Counted from the first letter of the stretch, positions 37,627 through 49,985 are shown. The stretch: 64,000 nucleotides of DNA from an uncultured Clostridia bacterium (GCA_944392665.1 CALXXJ010000001.1:10350-74349); one strand, 5' to 3'. Numbers and translations are program-made. Notes: generated from the sequence alone by a model not told the origin.

Positions 37627-39599
37627 TATTTCAACAAATTATTAATACTAATCGATATTGACATGTCTAATTCTTTTCTCATATTTTCATAATAGTCTTC
37701 TAATAATTCTCTTTCATCTTGTGGAAGTTCTTCTACATTGATTTCTGCTCCATCTTTGATACGATACCATTTTTCATCAAAATAATATCGACTTGTAACA
37801 ATTCTTTCGTTATTTAAACATATAAAATCTTTTCTAGCAAACATATTGGTTCCTAAACTAAATCCAGCATCTCCATCTATTAAATAAGCAAATGTTGGTT
37901 TTATATCTAATTTACTAACTGGTTTTTCTATTTTTATATTTTCAATTCCTGGTATTTTCATTCCACAAGCCACTCTGATATAATTTAATTTTATGTCTGT
38001 ATCTGTTAAATTTGAATCTGTTTGTTTTAAAAAGTCTAGCATATCTTCATTATACATATCTAATCCATTATGGTCTCCAAATAAAAGAATGACCGTATCA
38101 TCATATAAATCTGCTTCTTTTAGTTTATCTATAAATATTCCAAAAGCATAATCTGCATAATTTACAGATTCCAAATAATTTCCTAACAAAGTTTCTTTAT
38201 ATTTTCCAACATTGATATTCACTTTACTTATATCTTTTAATCCTTCTAGGTAAAATGGTGTGTGTGAAGAAGCTGAGACAATATAAGAAAAGAATGGTGT
38301 ATCATAATTTTTTAATTTTTCTACTGCCTGTTTATATAATAATTCATCTGATAAATACCCTGCGATATTTTCTGATGTATCTGCAAAAGAATCTTTTAAT
38401 TCAATATTTTCTACTCCATAAGATTTATACACATTTCCTCTATTCCAAAAAAATCCATAATTTCCATGCATATAAGAAGTGGTATATCCTTCATTTTCAA
38501 ACATTGTAAATATATTATCATATGTATTTGTATAATATCGACTATAAGACATTCCATTTTCCATAGGATATAAAGATGTTGTAGCTGAAAATTCTGAATC
38601 CGCTGTTGAAGAGTAACTTTGCATAAACATATTAGATATTTCTATGTTTTCATTGATAAATTTATTTAAGTTTGGCGTAATTTCTTTTCCATTAATTTCT
38701 TTATTGATAACAAAGTTTTGAATCGATTCTAATTGCAAAATGATAACATTTTTTCCTCTAACAATTCCTTGTAAATCATAATTTGTTTTTCCATACTTTT
38801 CATCATATTCTTTTTTTAGTTCATCATAATCAGATAAAAGAGCCTCTTTTGTTGTATATTTTGCTTGTTTCTTTATATTGATTGTATTTTCTATATCTGA
38901 TATATGATATCCATATATTGTACTTTTCTTTATTTGTGTATCTTTATTATATGGATCTTCTTTTGCTCTTACTATGTAGACATTATCCATTTGAAAAAAT
39001 ATAATCGTTACAAAAATACCTATAACTACTTTTGCAATTTTATATTTCATCTGTAATTTCTTCTTTTTTTGTATTTCAAATATTTTCGTAATTAGAAGTA
39101 TGCCTATAACCAATATATCTATAAAATAGAAAATGTGTTTTGCCTGTACTAACATCGGCAATGTACTCATAATTTCTTCACCATATTGAAGGTTCATAAT
39201 TTGTGCAACAGACAATACAGAACTAGAATATGTATGATATAAGTTATCTGCTAATAATAATATACTTACAAATATATCTACAACAATTGTAGTTATAATT
39301 CTTCCTCTATTTGGTAAAAACATACATATCATCCAAATCATTGTAGATATGAATGCAATTGTGCCTAATATAACTATCCCATCATCTAGCGTTTCTTGAA
39401 CAGTTATAGTATTTACATAAAAAAAGATTGTCTTTAAAAACATAAAAATTCCTATTACAATTGGAAATCCTATAGAGTTAAAAAATTTATTTGCTATTTC
39501 TTTTATTTTATCTTTATTTATTTTTTCCTCACTTGCGTTTTCTTTTTTCTTCACCTTTTCTTCTTTCACTTTATTGTTTTTTATTTTATCTTTTTCCAT
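37626..39599 (-). CDS. LTA synthase family (LtaS-like) phosphoglycerol transferase
   Basis: ~5 TM helices then sulfatase-like domain: NVIILQLES, STADSEF, SSHTPF, NYADYAFG, FGDH. Confidence 0.85.
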   Translation of the reverse strand: MEKDKIKNNKVKEEKVKKKENASEEKINKDKIKEIANKFFNSIGFPIVIGIFMFLKTIFFYVNTITVQETLDDGIVILGTIAFISTMIWMICMFLPNRGRIITTIVVDIFVSILLLADNLYHTYSSSVLSVAQIMNLQYGEEIMSTLPMLVQAKHIFYFIDILVIGILLITKIFEIQKKKKLQMKYKIAKVVIGIFVTIIFFQMDNVYIVRAKEDPYNKDTQIKKSTIYGYHISDIENTINIKKQAKYTTKEALLSDYDELKKEYDEKYGKTNYDLQGIVRGKNVIILQLESIQNFVINKEINGKEITPNLNKFINENIEISNMFMQSYSSTADSEFSATTSLYPMENGMSYSRYYTNTYDNIFTMFENEGYTTSYMHGNYGFFWNRGNVYKSYGVENIELKDSFADTSENIAGYLSDELLYKQAVEKLKNYDTPFFSYIVSASSHTPFYLEGLKDISKVNINVGKYKETLLGNYLESVNYADYAFGIFIDKLKEADLYDDTVILLFGDHNGLDMYNEDMLDFLKQTDSNLTDTDIKLNYIRVACGMKIPGIENIKIEKPVSKLDIKPTFAYLIDGDAGFSLGTNMFARKDFICLNNERIVTSRYYFDEKWYRIKDGAEINVEELPQDERELLEDYYENMRKELDMSISISINNLLK

Positions 39600-39617
39600 T
39601 TTTTATCTTCCTTTGTT

Positions 39618-40109
39618 TTATTCTTTTATATTATCTATAAAGTTTTCTATAATTTCTAACATTTTTTTGTTATTTTCTACATATGGTTTTGGCTCAAAAT
39701 CTTGCACTTTTTTTATTGCCTCTTCTAATTCTTCCACAGTTTGTAGTCCAATAATGTTTCCACCTTGATTAAACTTTTCTACAATTTCTGTTTGATGATT
39801 ATTTACATGTTCTCCATATTGATGTAATCTTGGCACTGCAATTACTTTCTTTCCTTTTTCAAGTGAAGTAATGATAGAGCCTACCCCTCCATGTGTGATA
39901 ATAAAATTTGCATTCTGTTCATATGTATCTAATTCTTCTCGTGGCATAAAATCTATAATCTTCATTTTTTCACATTTAGGCTGATACTGGGTGTATCCAG
40001 CTTGTACGATCACTTCTTCTTTAATTATATTTTTACTAATTAGTTTATCAATTTCTTCTAATAATCTTTGAAACGAATTATTTTGAGTTCCTAACATTAC
40101 AAATATCAT
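39618..40109 (-). CDS. pssE: PssE/Cps14G (Alg13-like) glycosyltransferase subunit
   Basis: MIFVMLGTQ..FQRL, IITHGGVGS, PRL..YGEHVNNHQ; ATG overlaps the pssD stop. Confidence 0.85.
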   Translation of the reverse strand: MIFVMLGTQNNSFQRLLEEIDKLISKNIIKEEVIVQAGYTQYQPKCEKMKIIDFMPREELDTYEQNANFIITHGGVGSIITSLEKGKKVIAVPRLHQYGEHVNNHQTEIVEKFNQGGNIIGLQTVEELEEAIKKVQDFEPKPYVENNKKMLEIIENFIDNIKE

Positions 40110-40582
40110 TAATAAATCGAACCTCCATAAACTGCTTTTGGATATATTTTTAGCATTTCTTCCCATTGCACAATAAATAAATCTGCAATCGGATATAATA
40201 ATCTTCCCGTTGCTGTTTTTTTATTGGTATTCGCAAAAGTTTCTATATATATAATCTTACTTCCAAATAGTTTTCCCAATATACACATTGGTCCTGCTGT
40301 ATGTGTTCCTGTTGTTACAATTACTTTTGGTCTTAATTTAAAATAATAATATACTGTTTTAATACATAAGTACAAATATTTGAATATATATGTAAATAAT
40401 TTTGCTCTTGTTCCATAAGGTAAAAAATCTATTTTATCTCCATATGTTTCTTTTAAATGTTCATTGACTTTATCTTTTTCTGTTATAATATGATAATCAT
40501 ATTTTTCAAATAAAGGAGAAAGTTGTAGTAATTCTGTTAAATGCCCTCCTGTACTTGATATAAATAATACTTTTTTCTTCAT
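40109..40582 (-). CDS. pssD: PssD/Cps14F (Alg14-like) enhancer subunit
   Basis: SSTGGHLTEL, TTGTHTA, IYIETFA, FIVQWEEM. Confidence 0.87.
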   Translation of the reverse strand: MKKKVLFISSTGGHLTELLQLSPLFEKYDYHIITEKDKVNEHLKETYGDKIDFLPYGTRAKLFTYIFKYLYLCIKTVYYYFKLRPKVIVTTGTHTAGPMCILGKLFGSKIIYIETFANTNKKTATGRLLYPIADLFIVQWEEMLKIYPKAVYGGSIY

Positions 40583-40707
40583 TTATAAACACCTTTTCAA
40601 TCATTCTATTTCTTATATATTATATCTTTTTTTCAAGTATCTGTCTAGTAAAATAAAGAAAAAGACTTAGATATCAGATTCTCATCTAATATTTAAGCCT
40701 ATTTTTC

Positions 40708-41877
40708 TTATCCAAATATTCCTCTCTTTTTAATTGGTGGTTGTTCATTCATAGTTTTCGCTAATTGAACTAATAATTCTCTCTGTTCTTTTGAAAGTTT
40801 TTTTGGCGTTTGAACATTTACTGTAAATATAAAATCGCCAATTTGATTTGATGTTACAGATTTAAATCCTTTTCCTCTTATAACAAATTTTGTACCCGTT
40901 TGTGTTCCTTCAGGTATTTTATACTTTTCTTTACTTCCATCTACCATTGGTATTTCTAATTCTGCACCTAAAGCTGCCTGTGTAATCGTAATCGGTACAT
41001 CACAATATACATTATTACCTTTTCTTGAATATATACTATGTTTTTTTAATTTAACTGTTATATATAAATCACCTTTTGGTCCACCTTTTTCCCCTGGTTC
41101 TCCTTCACCTCTTAGGACAACCATTTGACCATCATCAATACCTGCTGGTATCTTTACTTTTATTTTTGGTTGTTTTCTAACAGTTCCTTTTCCTCTACAA
41201 TTTTCACAAGGCTCTTTAATAACTTCACCTGTTCCATGACAATTGGTACAAGTTCTTGTCGTTTGCATTTGTCCTAATATGGTATTTTGCACTTGTCTAA
41301 TTTGTCCTGTACCATTACAAGTTGGACATTTTGTGACAGACGTTCCAGGTTTTGCACCAGTTCCATGACAGACAGTACATTCTTCATTTCTTGTGATTGT
41401 AATTTCTTTTTCTACTCCTAAAAATGCTTGTTCAAAAGTAATATCAATATGAAGGTTTAAGTCTGCGCCTTTTCTTGGTCCATTTTGTCTTCTGCTACTA
41501 CTTCTACCACCACCAAAACCTCCTCCAAAAAATGAAGAAAAGATATCTCCTAAATCTCCAAAATCTCCAAATCCATCAAAACCAGAAGATGTATATGAAT
41601 AATATCCATTTTGTCCTCCAAATGGTCCTCCTGCACCATTAAATCCTTGTGGTCCATCTGGTCCAAATTGGTCATACATTTTTCTTTTCTGTGGATCTGA
41701 TAAAGTTTCATAAGCTTCATTGACTTCTTTAAATTTGGCCTCTGCTTCTGCTTTATTATCTGGATTGGCATCTGGATGATATTTTTTTGCTAGTTTTCTA
41801 TATGCTTTTTTTAATTCGTCATCTGTTGCATTTTTATTAACTCCTAACACCTCATAATAATCTCTTTTTCCTGCCAT
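40708..41877 (-). CDS. dnaJ: Chaperone DnaJ
   Basis: J domain with HPD, G/F region, four CxxCxGxG repeats. Confidence 0.97.
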   Translation of the reverse strand: MAGKRDYYEVLGVNKNATDDELKKAYRKLAKKYHPDANPDNKAEAEAKFKEVNEAYETLSDPQKRKMYDQFGPDGPQGFNGAGGPFGGQNGYYSYTSSGFDGFGDFGDLGDIFSSFFGGGFGGGRSSSRRQNGPRKGADLNLHIDITFEQAFLGVEKEITITRNEECTVCHGTGAKPGTSVTKCPTCNGTGQIRQVQNTILGQMQTTRTCTNCHGTGEVIKEPCENCRGKGTVRKQPKIKVKIPAGIDDGQMVVLRGEGEPGEKGGPKGDLYITVKLKKHSIYSRKGNNVYCDVPITITQAALGAELEIPMVDGSKEKYKIPEGTQTGTKFVIRGKGFKSVTSNQIGDFIFTVNVQTPKKLSKEQRELLVQLAKTMNEQPPIKKRGIFG

Positions 41878-42232
41878 TCTTTCACTCTTCTCCTCTTTCT
41901 AATTTTTCTTTTTGCATAATTCTTCGTTCTCTTGCTAAATCGTGATGTTGATAACCTTCCTCACCTACATAATAATGAATCCATCTTTTTTGTTCATCTA
42001 AAACAAACCTTATTTCCTTTTTTGTCTATAAAAAATACTTCACTCATATTTTTCTCCTTCAAGCTTTAAAAGAATCATTAAAGTTTATATTTTGTTTGGA
42101 AATTTTTTATAAATCGAATCAAAAACGAGTATTACTAGGCAAGTAAGAAAAAAATCTTAAGATAATACATTTTGTATATCGAAAGATTTTTTTCGAAACT
42201 TAACGAAGTAAGACGAAGTTTTTCATTCGATT

Positions 42233-44104
<1,872 letters not shown>

Positions 44105-44139
44105 CTAAATTAAATTTATATTTTTTAAATTAATACCTT

Positions 44140-44727
44140 TCATATTTTTTCGTTCTTTTGTAATTCAAGAATGATTTTTCGATTGTTTTCTATTATTTCT
44201 TTTGTTACTTTTTTCATCCACTCTTCTTTTGTCATATTAGATAATTTCCAATTTGATAACTCTTTATATTGCATTTCTTCACCTAACCATTCTGGCTTTT
44301 GGAAAGTATTTGCTATATCTTCACTTGGAAATTCTACTTCTGCTGTTATAAAATCTTGTAAATCATCTTTATATATATCCATTTCAACATTTAGGTTATT
44401 CTCTATTGGAATTACCATTCTTGTTTTTCTTATTATGTTGCTAATTCTATTTTTTATTAGTTCGTTAAAATCTTCTTTCTGAATATAACTTTCTATTTCA
44501 TATGCATTTGCAACAGTAGAATCCTTATGATACGCTATATCTCCTTTGGTTTTTACTGTATAAACATATTGTATATCATCAGATTTTTTATCTTGTATTT
44601 TTCGAATTCTAATTACTGTTTTGGGATCTTTATATATAAATGCTTGTTCTATATCCAATATACTTTCTATTTTCAAATTTTCAGGAAAATATTTTACTGC
44701 ATATTTTCTTTCTATTTCTTGTTTCAT
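44140..44727 (-). CDS. CYTH domain protein
   Basis: EIERKY, RIRK, EIESY, AEVEF, WLGEE motifs. Confidence 0.8.
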   Translation of the reverse strand: MKQEIERKYAVKYFPENLKIESILDIEQAFIYKDPKTVIRIRKIQDKKSDDIQYVYTVKTKGDIAYHKDSTVANAYEIESYIQKEDFNELIKNRISNIIRKTRMVIPIENNLNVEMDIYKDDLQDFITAEVEFPSEDIANTFQKPEWLGEEMQYKELSNWKLSNMTKEEWMKKVTKEIIENNRKIILELQKNEKI

Positions 44728-44742
44728 ATTTGATTTCCTCTT

Positions 44743-45261
44743 TTAATTTGCTACTACTACCATAGAATGTCTAATTACTTTTGTACCAATCTTATATCCT
44801 TTTCTATATTCTTGCACAATTTCCTTTTCACCTTTTGTATCATCTTGTACACTACTTACTGCCTCATGTAATTCTGGATCAAAAGTTTCTCCTACAGTTT
44901 TGATTTCTTCTACACCTTTTGCCCTTAGTGTATCTTGAAATTGTTTTAATACCAATTCAATTCCTTTTTTATATTCTTCATCTTTTGTTTCAACTTTAGC
45001 AGCATTTTCTAAATTATCTAATATTGGAAGCATTACTTCCACAACATCTGATAAAATAGAATTGTATAAACTTTCTCTTTCTTTTGCACTTCTCTTTTTA
45101 AAGTTTTCAAATTCTGCTAAAATTCTTTTATATCTGTCATCTAATTCATCATATTCTGACTTTGGTACAATTTCTTGCTCTTTTTTCACTTTTTTATTTT
45201 CTGCTTTTTCTTCTTGTTTTACATCGTTTTCTAATTCTTCATTATTTTCTTTTTCTGCCAT
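44743..45261 (-). CDS. grpE: Nucleotide exchange factor GrpE
   Basis: AEFENFKKR, LPILDNLE, FDPELHEAV, GYKIGTKVIRHSMVVV. Confidence 0.95.
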   Translation of the reverse strand: MAEKENNEELENDVKQEEKAENKKVKKEQEIVPKSEYDELDDRYKRILAEFENFKKRSAKERESLYNSILSDVVEVMLPILDNLENAAKVETKDEEYKKGIELVLKQFQDTLRAKGVEEIKTVGETFDPELHEAVSSVQDDTKGEKEIVQEYRKGYKIGTKVIRHSMVVVAN

Positions 45262-45321
45262 TTTTTACCACCTTTCTCCAATTTGGAAAATAATCTCTAT
45301 AACAATGATTATTTTTCAAAT

Positions 45322-46326
45322 TTATTCTATTTCTTTTAACTTTTTATTAATATATTTCATAACAGAAATTACTTTTGAATAATCCATTCTTTTAGGTCCA
45401 ATAATACCAATTGTTCCTAAATCTTTTCCATTGACTTTATGTTTAAAAGTAACAACGCTAAAATCTTTTAATTCTTCTTTCTGATTTTCCTCTCCTATAT
45501 ATACATGAATATCATCTGCAATTCCTGAATCTAACATATCTGTTACTAATTCTTTTGTATCTAGTATATTAACAAAGTTTTTAGCAACATCTAAACTATT
45601 AAATTCTGGTAAATCAAATGACTTATTAGCACCTTCTAAATATACATTTTCTTCTTCTAATACTTTTTTAATTTGCTCAATAATTGGCTTAATCACATTG
45701 ATACTATATGTCATTTCATCATACAAATAATCTTCTAAAGGTCTATCAATTGTTTCAATTGGCTGTCCTTTTAATTTTTTATTAAACATATAATTAATGG
45801 TTTCTACTTGTTTTTCTGTCACATCTTCATCAAATTTGATAATGGTTTCTTTTACTAATCCACTATCTGTTAAGATAACTGCCATCATCATTCTAGAGCC
45901 TAATAATACAAATTTAATTTCTTCTATTATTTGACTATTTGCTTTTGGTCCTATAGATACTGTCGTATAATGTGTAACTTCTGATATCGTATTTGCTGCA
46001 ATCTTTGTTAAATCTTCAATTTCATTTACTTTTGTCTCTAATTTATCACTAATATATTTAATTTCCTCTAAACTGATATCGTCCTCTTTTAACAATTCAT
46101 CAACATAATATCGATACCCTTTTTCAGAAGGTATTCTACCACTTGATGTATGAGTTTTATCCAAGTAACCAGCTTTTTCTAAATCTGCCATTTCATTTCG
46201 AATCGTTGCACTACTATAATCTAATCCATGATTTGTAGTTAATGCATTTGAGCTAACCGGTTCTGCTGTATTAATATATTCTTCTACAATTGCTTGTAAT
46301 ACTTTCTTTTTTCTATCATCTAACAA
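45322..46326 (-). CDS. hrcA: Heat-inducible transcription repressor HrcA
   Basis: SSATIRNEMADLE, HTSSGRIPS, GIIGPKRMDY; TTG start after AGAGGTG. Confidence 0.95.
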   Translation of the reverse strand: MLDDRKKKVLQAIVEEYINTAEPVSSNALTTNHGLDYSSATIRNEMADLEKAGYLDKTHTSSGRIPSEKGYRYYVDELLKEDDISLEEIKYISDKLETKVNEIEDLTKIAANTISEVTHYTTVSIGPKANSQIIEEIKFVLLGSRMMMAVILTDSGLVKETIIKFDEDVTEKQVETINYMFNKKLKGQPIETIDRPLEDYLYDEMTYSINVIKPIIEQIKKVLEEENVYLEGANKSFDLPEFNSLDVAKNFVNILDTKELVTDMLDSGIADDIHVYIGEENQKEELKDFSVVTFKHKVNGKDLGTIGIIGPKRMDYSKVISVMKYINKKLKEIE

Positions 46327-46365
46327 TTTTTTCACCTCTTTAGTTTTAATTGTTAGTTTGTTGTT

Positions 46366-46392
46366 TTAGCACTCTTGTTGTTTGTTTGCTAA
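46366..46392. promoter_or_regulatory. CIRCE element (HrcA operator)
   Basis: TTAGCACTC-N9-GTTTGCTAA, 2 mismatches to consensus. Confidence 0.85.
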
Positions 46393-46400
46393 CTTCATAT

Positions 46401-46442
46401 ATATTATACCCCTTTTTAGCACTTGTCAATACATTTTGCTAA
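46401..46442 (-). promoter_or_regulatory. SigmaA promoter of the hrcA operon overlapped by a second degenerate CIRCE
   Basis: TTGACA at 46429-46424, -10 near 46401-46408; TTAGCACTT-N9-TTTTGCTAA at 46416-46442. Confidence 0.65.
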
Positions 46443-46537
46443 AATATTTTGTGAATTTTGTGTGAACAAAAAAACAAAATGAATTTTACGAAATACATTC
46501 ATTTTGTTTTTATTTCTATTTTATATAAAGAGTCAGT

Positions 46538-47893
46538 CTAGATCCGCATTGTTGATTTATATCTACTTCCATTATAGTCAACATAACTTGCTGAATTTAT
46601 ATCCTGCCAGCTACCTCCACGATAAATTCTACTACTAGTAGCATAAGCTCCTAATGTCCATTCACTCACATTTCCTCCTAAATCTCTAATCTGATTAATA
46701 TTATCATTAGCATATGACGCATTGCCTGTAGTTGTATAAGATCCGTGATTATTATTTCCTATTCCTTTAGCCGTTATTTTTTCTTTATCTGTACTTCCAC
46801 TATTTTTTATCCAATTTAACATTGCATCATATTGGCTCAACCAAACCATACTACTTGCTACTGAATTGTTCTTTCCTGTATATTCTTTATGTTTTGCATA
46901 TAATCCATACCACATACTTGTTGTATCATTTCTAGCTGTCACTGGCTTTACATTTGCTTTAGATTGTATGGTTCCTCCACTTCCTTCATCTCTTTCTGTC
47001 GCTGTCGACAAACTTGATTCATACCTACTTATATAAAATCCATCATATTTTGCAACGCTATTAATCATTGTTTTATACTCTTGTTTTAATCCTTCTAATG
47101 TCATGCCAACAGTATTATAATCTTGTGTATTATTATCATATGAAGTTACAATTGCCGGCTCTCTGATTCCTGAATTATCATTGTAAATATTATTTACCGT
47201 TCCAAACGTTTCTCCTATACTTGACTCATATACTTTCCCAACAATTTCACTTGCTGTGCTACTATGTTCTGGATTAGTACATTTAACTTCTCCATTTACG
47301 AATTCCAAATTACAATTTCCACCTGCTGTTCTACATTGTGCCATACTATTTATATTATTTACAGGAACCCATACAAACTCACTTCCATCTGGTCCTCTTA
47401 CAACCAATCCTGTATCTATAATATTTAGTTCTTTGTCAACAGTAAATCCCGCTGGTATTGTAGCTGTATGATTATTTACATCTGTATAATTATTTTTGAA
47501 AGTTTTTTCTACCTCTACCCCTGCAATTACCTTCTCCTTTATTGCCACATTCCCATAAAAATCAACTATAAATTCATAACCATCCATTTCTACAGTTACT
47601 GTTTCTTCGTCTTTTTCCGCGATAGTTCCATCTAAATTTTTTATTTCCTTCTCAAATGCATCTACATCAAAAATTCCAGCACTATCATAGCTTCCGACAT
47701 ATGCTACATTAACTTTTTCTTCAGCTCCTGCTTGGGTTGTTGCTTTTTTTGCTTCACTTGCTCTTCCTAATATTCCGTTATCACCTGTTAATGTTACAAT
47801 TGAAACACCTGCTAAAATGATTAATATAATAATTGTAATAACTAATGCAATTAATGTAATACCATTCTTCCCTTGCCTAGCTTCTTTTTCCAT
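46538..47893 (-). CDS. Type IV pilin-like N-terminus fused to an FGE-sulfatase/CLec-like domain (true stop possibly 46516 after a +1 shift)
   Basis: G|ITLIALVITIIILIILAGV class III signal; FVWVPV, ISRYE, DLGGNVSEW, RGGSW. Confidence 0.75.
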   Translation of the reverse strand: MEKEARQGKNGITLIALVITIIILIILAGVSIVTLTGDNGILGRASEAKKATTQAGAEEKVNVAYVGSYDSAGIFDVDAFEKEIKNLDGTIAEKDEETVTVEMDGYEFIVDFYGNVAIKEKVIAGVEVEKTFKNNYTDVNNHTATIPAGFTVDKELNIIDTGLVVRGPDGSEFVWVPVNNINSMAQCRTAGGNCNLEFVNGEVKCTNPEHSSTASEIVGKVYESSIGETFGTVNNIYNDNSGIREPAIVTSYDNNTQDYNTVGMTLEGLKQEYKTMINSVAKYDGFYISRYESSLSTATERDEGSGGTIQSKANVKPVTARNDTTSMWYGLYAKHKEYTGKNNSVASSMVWLSQYDAMLNWIKNSGSTDKEKITAKGIGNNNHGSYTTTGNASYANDNINQIRDLGGNVSEWTLGAYATSSRIYRGGSWQDINSASYVDYNGSRYKSTMRI

Positions 47894-48018
47894 CTCTGAT
47901 TCTCCTTTCTTTTGTGTCTTGTTAAGTGATTATCTTTTAGTAGTATTGGCATTATTTTCTTTTTTATACAATTACAAATAATCATTTTCCATTATTGGCT
48001 AATTTTCTATAAATATAA

Positions 48019-48858
48019 TTAAAGTAAACTAATATATATGAATATCCCAATTGCTTGTATAATAAATACATTTAACATATTTGAAATTAATAAATTATTT
48101 GTTGTCTCTATCACTCCTAATAAATTATTATCTTCTTCCTTTTTATAATGTTTTTGTGATTCAAAAAATGTAACCAATTCCGGAATACTCGTTATCACAC
48201 CTAATAAAACGCCTAAAATCCATTCTGCAATTCCAAAATGTTCTGATAAATTTTCTAATACATTTCCTAATGCATCTCCTACAAAATATAGTAGAATTCC
48301 TGCTATTAAAATATATCCAACATATATAAATGATTGTTTATTCTTTTGTGTTTCTTTTTGTTCTTTTTCTATTTCTTCAGCCTCTATTTCTTCATAATTT
48401 AAATATCTTTCATGTATTTTTTTGGATATCCAGTAAAAAATAATATACATAACTACTAATATGAATGCTACCATTATATTTAACGTATTTTCCAATTTTA
48501 ATAACATAATTGGAAACATAATTGTTAAGATTACTAATACATTTTGAATGATGATTCCCTTATTCTTAATAGCTTTATAATTTTTATTGATTACTAAAGA
48601 TACACCATATTGAATAAAATTAATGACATTAGAACTTATAATATTATATAAACTTGTTCCCATTAGTCCTTTAAAACTAGATACAGTTACAGTCAGTAAT
48701 TCAGGAATTGAAGTGGCAATCCCTGCAATATTTCCTATTGTTCTTGGTTTTAACTTTAAATTTTCTGCTAATTTTCTTAAAGCTTTGACAAGTATAAATT
48801 TGGAAATCGTAACAATTAAAATAGCATATAACAAAAATTTTCCTATTTCTATCAACAT
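48019..48858 (-). CDS. Na+/Ca2+ exchanger-like membrane protein
   Basis: Two alpha-repeat motifs ATSIPEL and ITSIPEL; polytopic. Confidence 0.7.
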   Translation of the reverse strand: MLIEIGKFLLYAILIVTISKFILVKALRKLAENLKLKPRTIGNIAGIATSIPELLTVTVSSFKGLMGTSLYNIISSNVINFIQYGVSLVINKNYKAIKNKGIIIQNVLVILTIMFPIMLLKLENTLNIMVAFILVVMYIIFYWISKKIHERYLNYEEIEAEEIEKEQKETQKNKQSFIYVGYILIAGILLYFVGDALGNVLENLSEHFGIAEWILGVLLGVITSIPELVTFFESQKHYKKEEDNNLLGVIETTNNLLISNMLNVFIIQAIGIFIYISLL

Positions 48859-48993
48859 TTTTATCTTTTACTCCTTGTTTTACTAACTATTTTCTCCTTT
48901 TTTCATTTATTTATAACAAAAATAATTATTTTTATAAATTAAAAAGACAAAGGAGACAAATATTTAAAATAAACATCTGTCTCCTTTATCTTT

Positions 48994-49461
48994 TTAATTA
49001 AATTCTGACGCTTTCTTCCTATAATGAATAAAATCTTTAGTCATATATACAGGCCGTACTTTCAGCTTTTTTTCCATAAAGCTTTTTGATGGCTTGTTTG
49101 CATGTCTTATGCAAAATTCCAGTTCTTTATACTTGGTATTTTCTGAAATATACTTTGCAAATTGATAAATTGCTTCTTTGCAATAGCCCTTTCTCCGCAC
49201 CTTTGCAGATATAAAATAGGAAACTTCCATTACTTTTTTAGGCTTTTTCTCACCAAGAACCATCCCTACAATTTGATTTTGCTCATCTAGTATTTTAAAA
49301 GCATCATAGTTACAAGAGTCGACACATAATTCCATTAAATCTTGTGCTTCCTCTAAATCTTTACAATAAGCTAACCGAAAAAATTTTTCAACGCTTGCAT
49401 CTTGAGCTATCTCTAAATATGCATTTGCATCATTTAAATTAAATCTTTCCAACCGTATCAT
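48994..49461 (-). CDS. GNAT family (RimJ/RimL-like) acetyltransferase
   Basis: EVSYFI, RRKGYCKEA, N.PS..FM motifs. Confidence 0.7.
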   Translation of the reverse strand: MIRLERFNLNDANAYLEIAQDASVEKFFRLAYCKDLEEAQDLMELCVDSCNYDAFKILDEQNQIVGMVLGEKKPKKVMEVSYFISAKVRRKGYCKEAIYQFAKYISENTKYKELEFCIRHANKPSKSFMEKKLKVRPVYMTKDFIHYRKKASEFN

Positions 49462-49618
49462 ACTTTTCCTCCATTTGGTTTTTATTTTATTTATTATACA
49501 TTAATTTTATGTATACTGTCAAATATATAATTAGATATCTCAGAAATTCAGTTGTTTTTATTGCCATTTATTAAAAAATATTATATAATGGCTTCGTATT
49601 GTAAAGGAGCGTGAATTT

Positions 49619-49882
49619 ATGGAAGAAGTTGAAATTGGACAAGTTTATCGCCATTTTAAAGGAAACTATTATTTTGTTGAAAATGTGGCATATAACTCGG
49701 AAACAAAAGAAAGAATGGTTGTATATAAACCTTTATACCCTAGAGATGATGGACGCTCCTTGTGGGTTAGACCTGAAAAAATGTTTTTGGAAGAAATTCC
49801 AGAAAGACCAGACAATATTACTGGTCAAAAAACAAGATTTGCATTAGTAACAAATTTAGAAAAAGATTATACTAAGAAATAA
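49619..49882 (+). CDS. DUF1653 domain protein
   Basis: YRHFKGNYY, SETKERMVVY, LWVRPEKMF. Confidence 0.88.
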   Translation: MEEVEIGQVYRHFKGNYYFVENVAYNSETKERMVVYKPLYPRDDGRSLWVRPEKMFLEEIPERPDNITGQKTRFALVTNLEKDYTKK

Positions 49883-49884
49883 AA

Positions 49885-49951
49885 TGTCGCATTGACAAAC
49901 GATCTCAATGAGACAAAAAATGTCGCACAGACAAACGAACTTAATGCGACA
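49885..49951. repeat. Two tandem 31-bp TGTC...GACA hairpin units (36-bp period) upstream of serS
   Basis: tgtcgcattgacaaacgatctcaatgagaca and tgtcgcacagacaaacgaacttaatgcgaca. Confidence 0.65.
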
Positions 49952-49985
49952 CCCAAAAGGAAATTTTAGAAAAAGGAGGATTTTT

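Noticed and set aside
41884-42047. Small split ORF between dnaK and dnaJ (RBS, ATG 42047, stop after 17 aa, continuation in +1 frame)
   Set aside because: No recognisable family, the junction has no CGG, and I cannot distinguish a gene remnant from chance.
42116-42232. Loosely palindromic GC-richer stretch after dnaK
   Set aside because: It may be another dispersed element, but I could not define a convincing stem or match it to the other copies.
46516-46700. Diversity-generating retroelement variable region in the pilin-like gene
   Set aside because: No reverse transcriptase or template repeat in the window.
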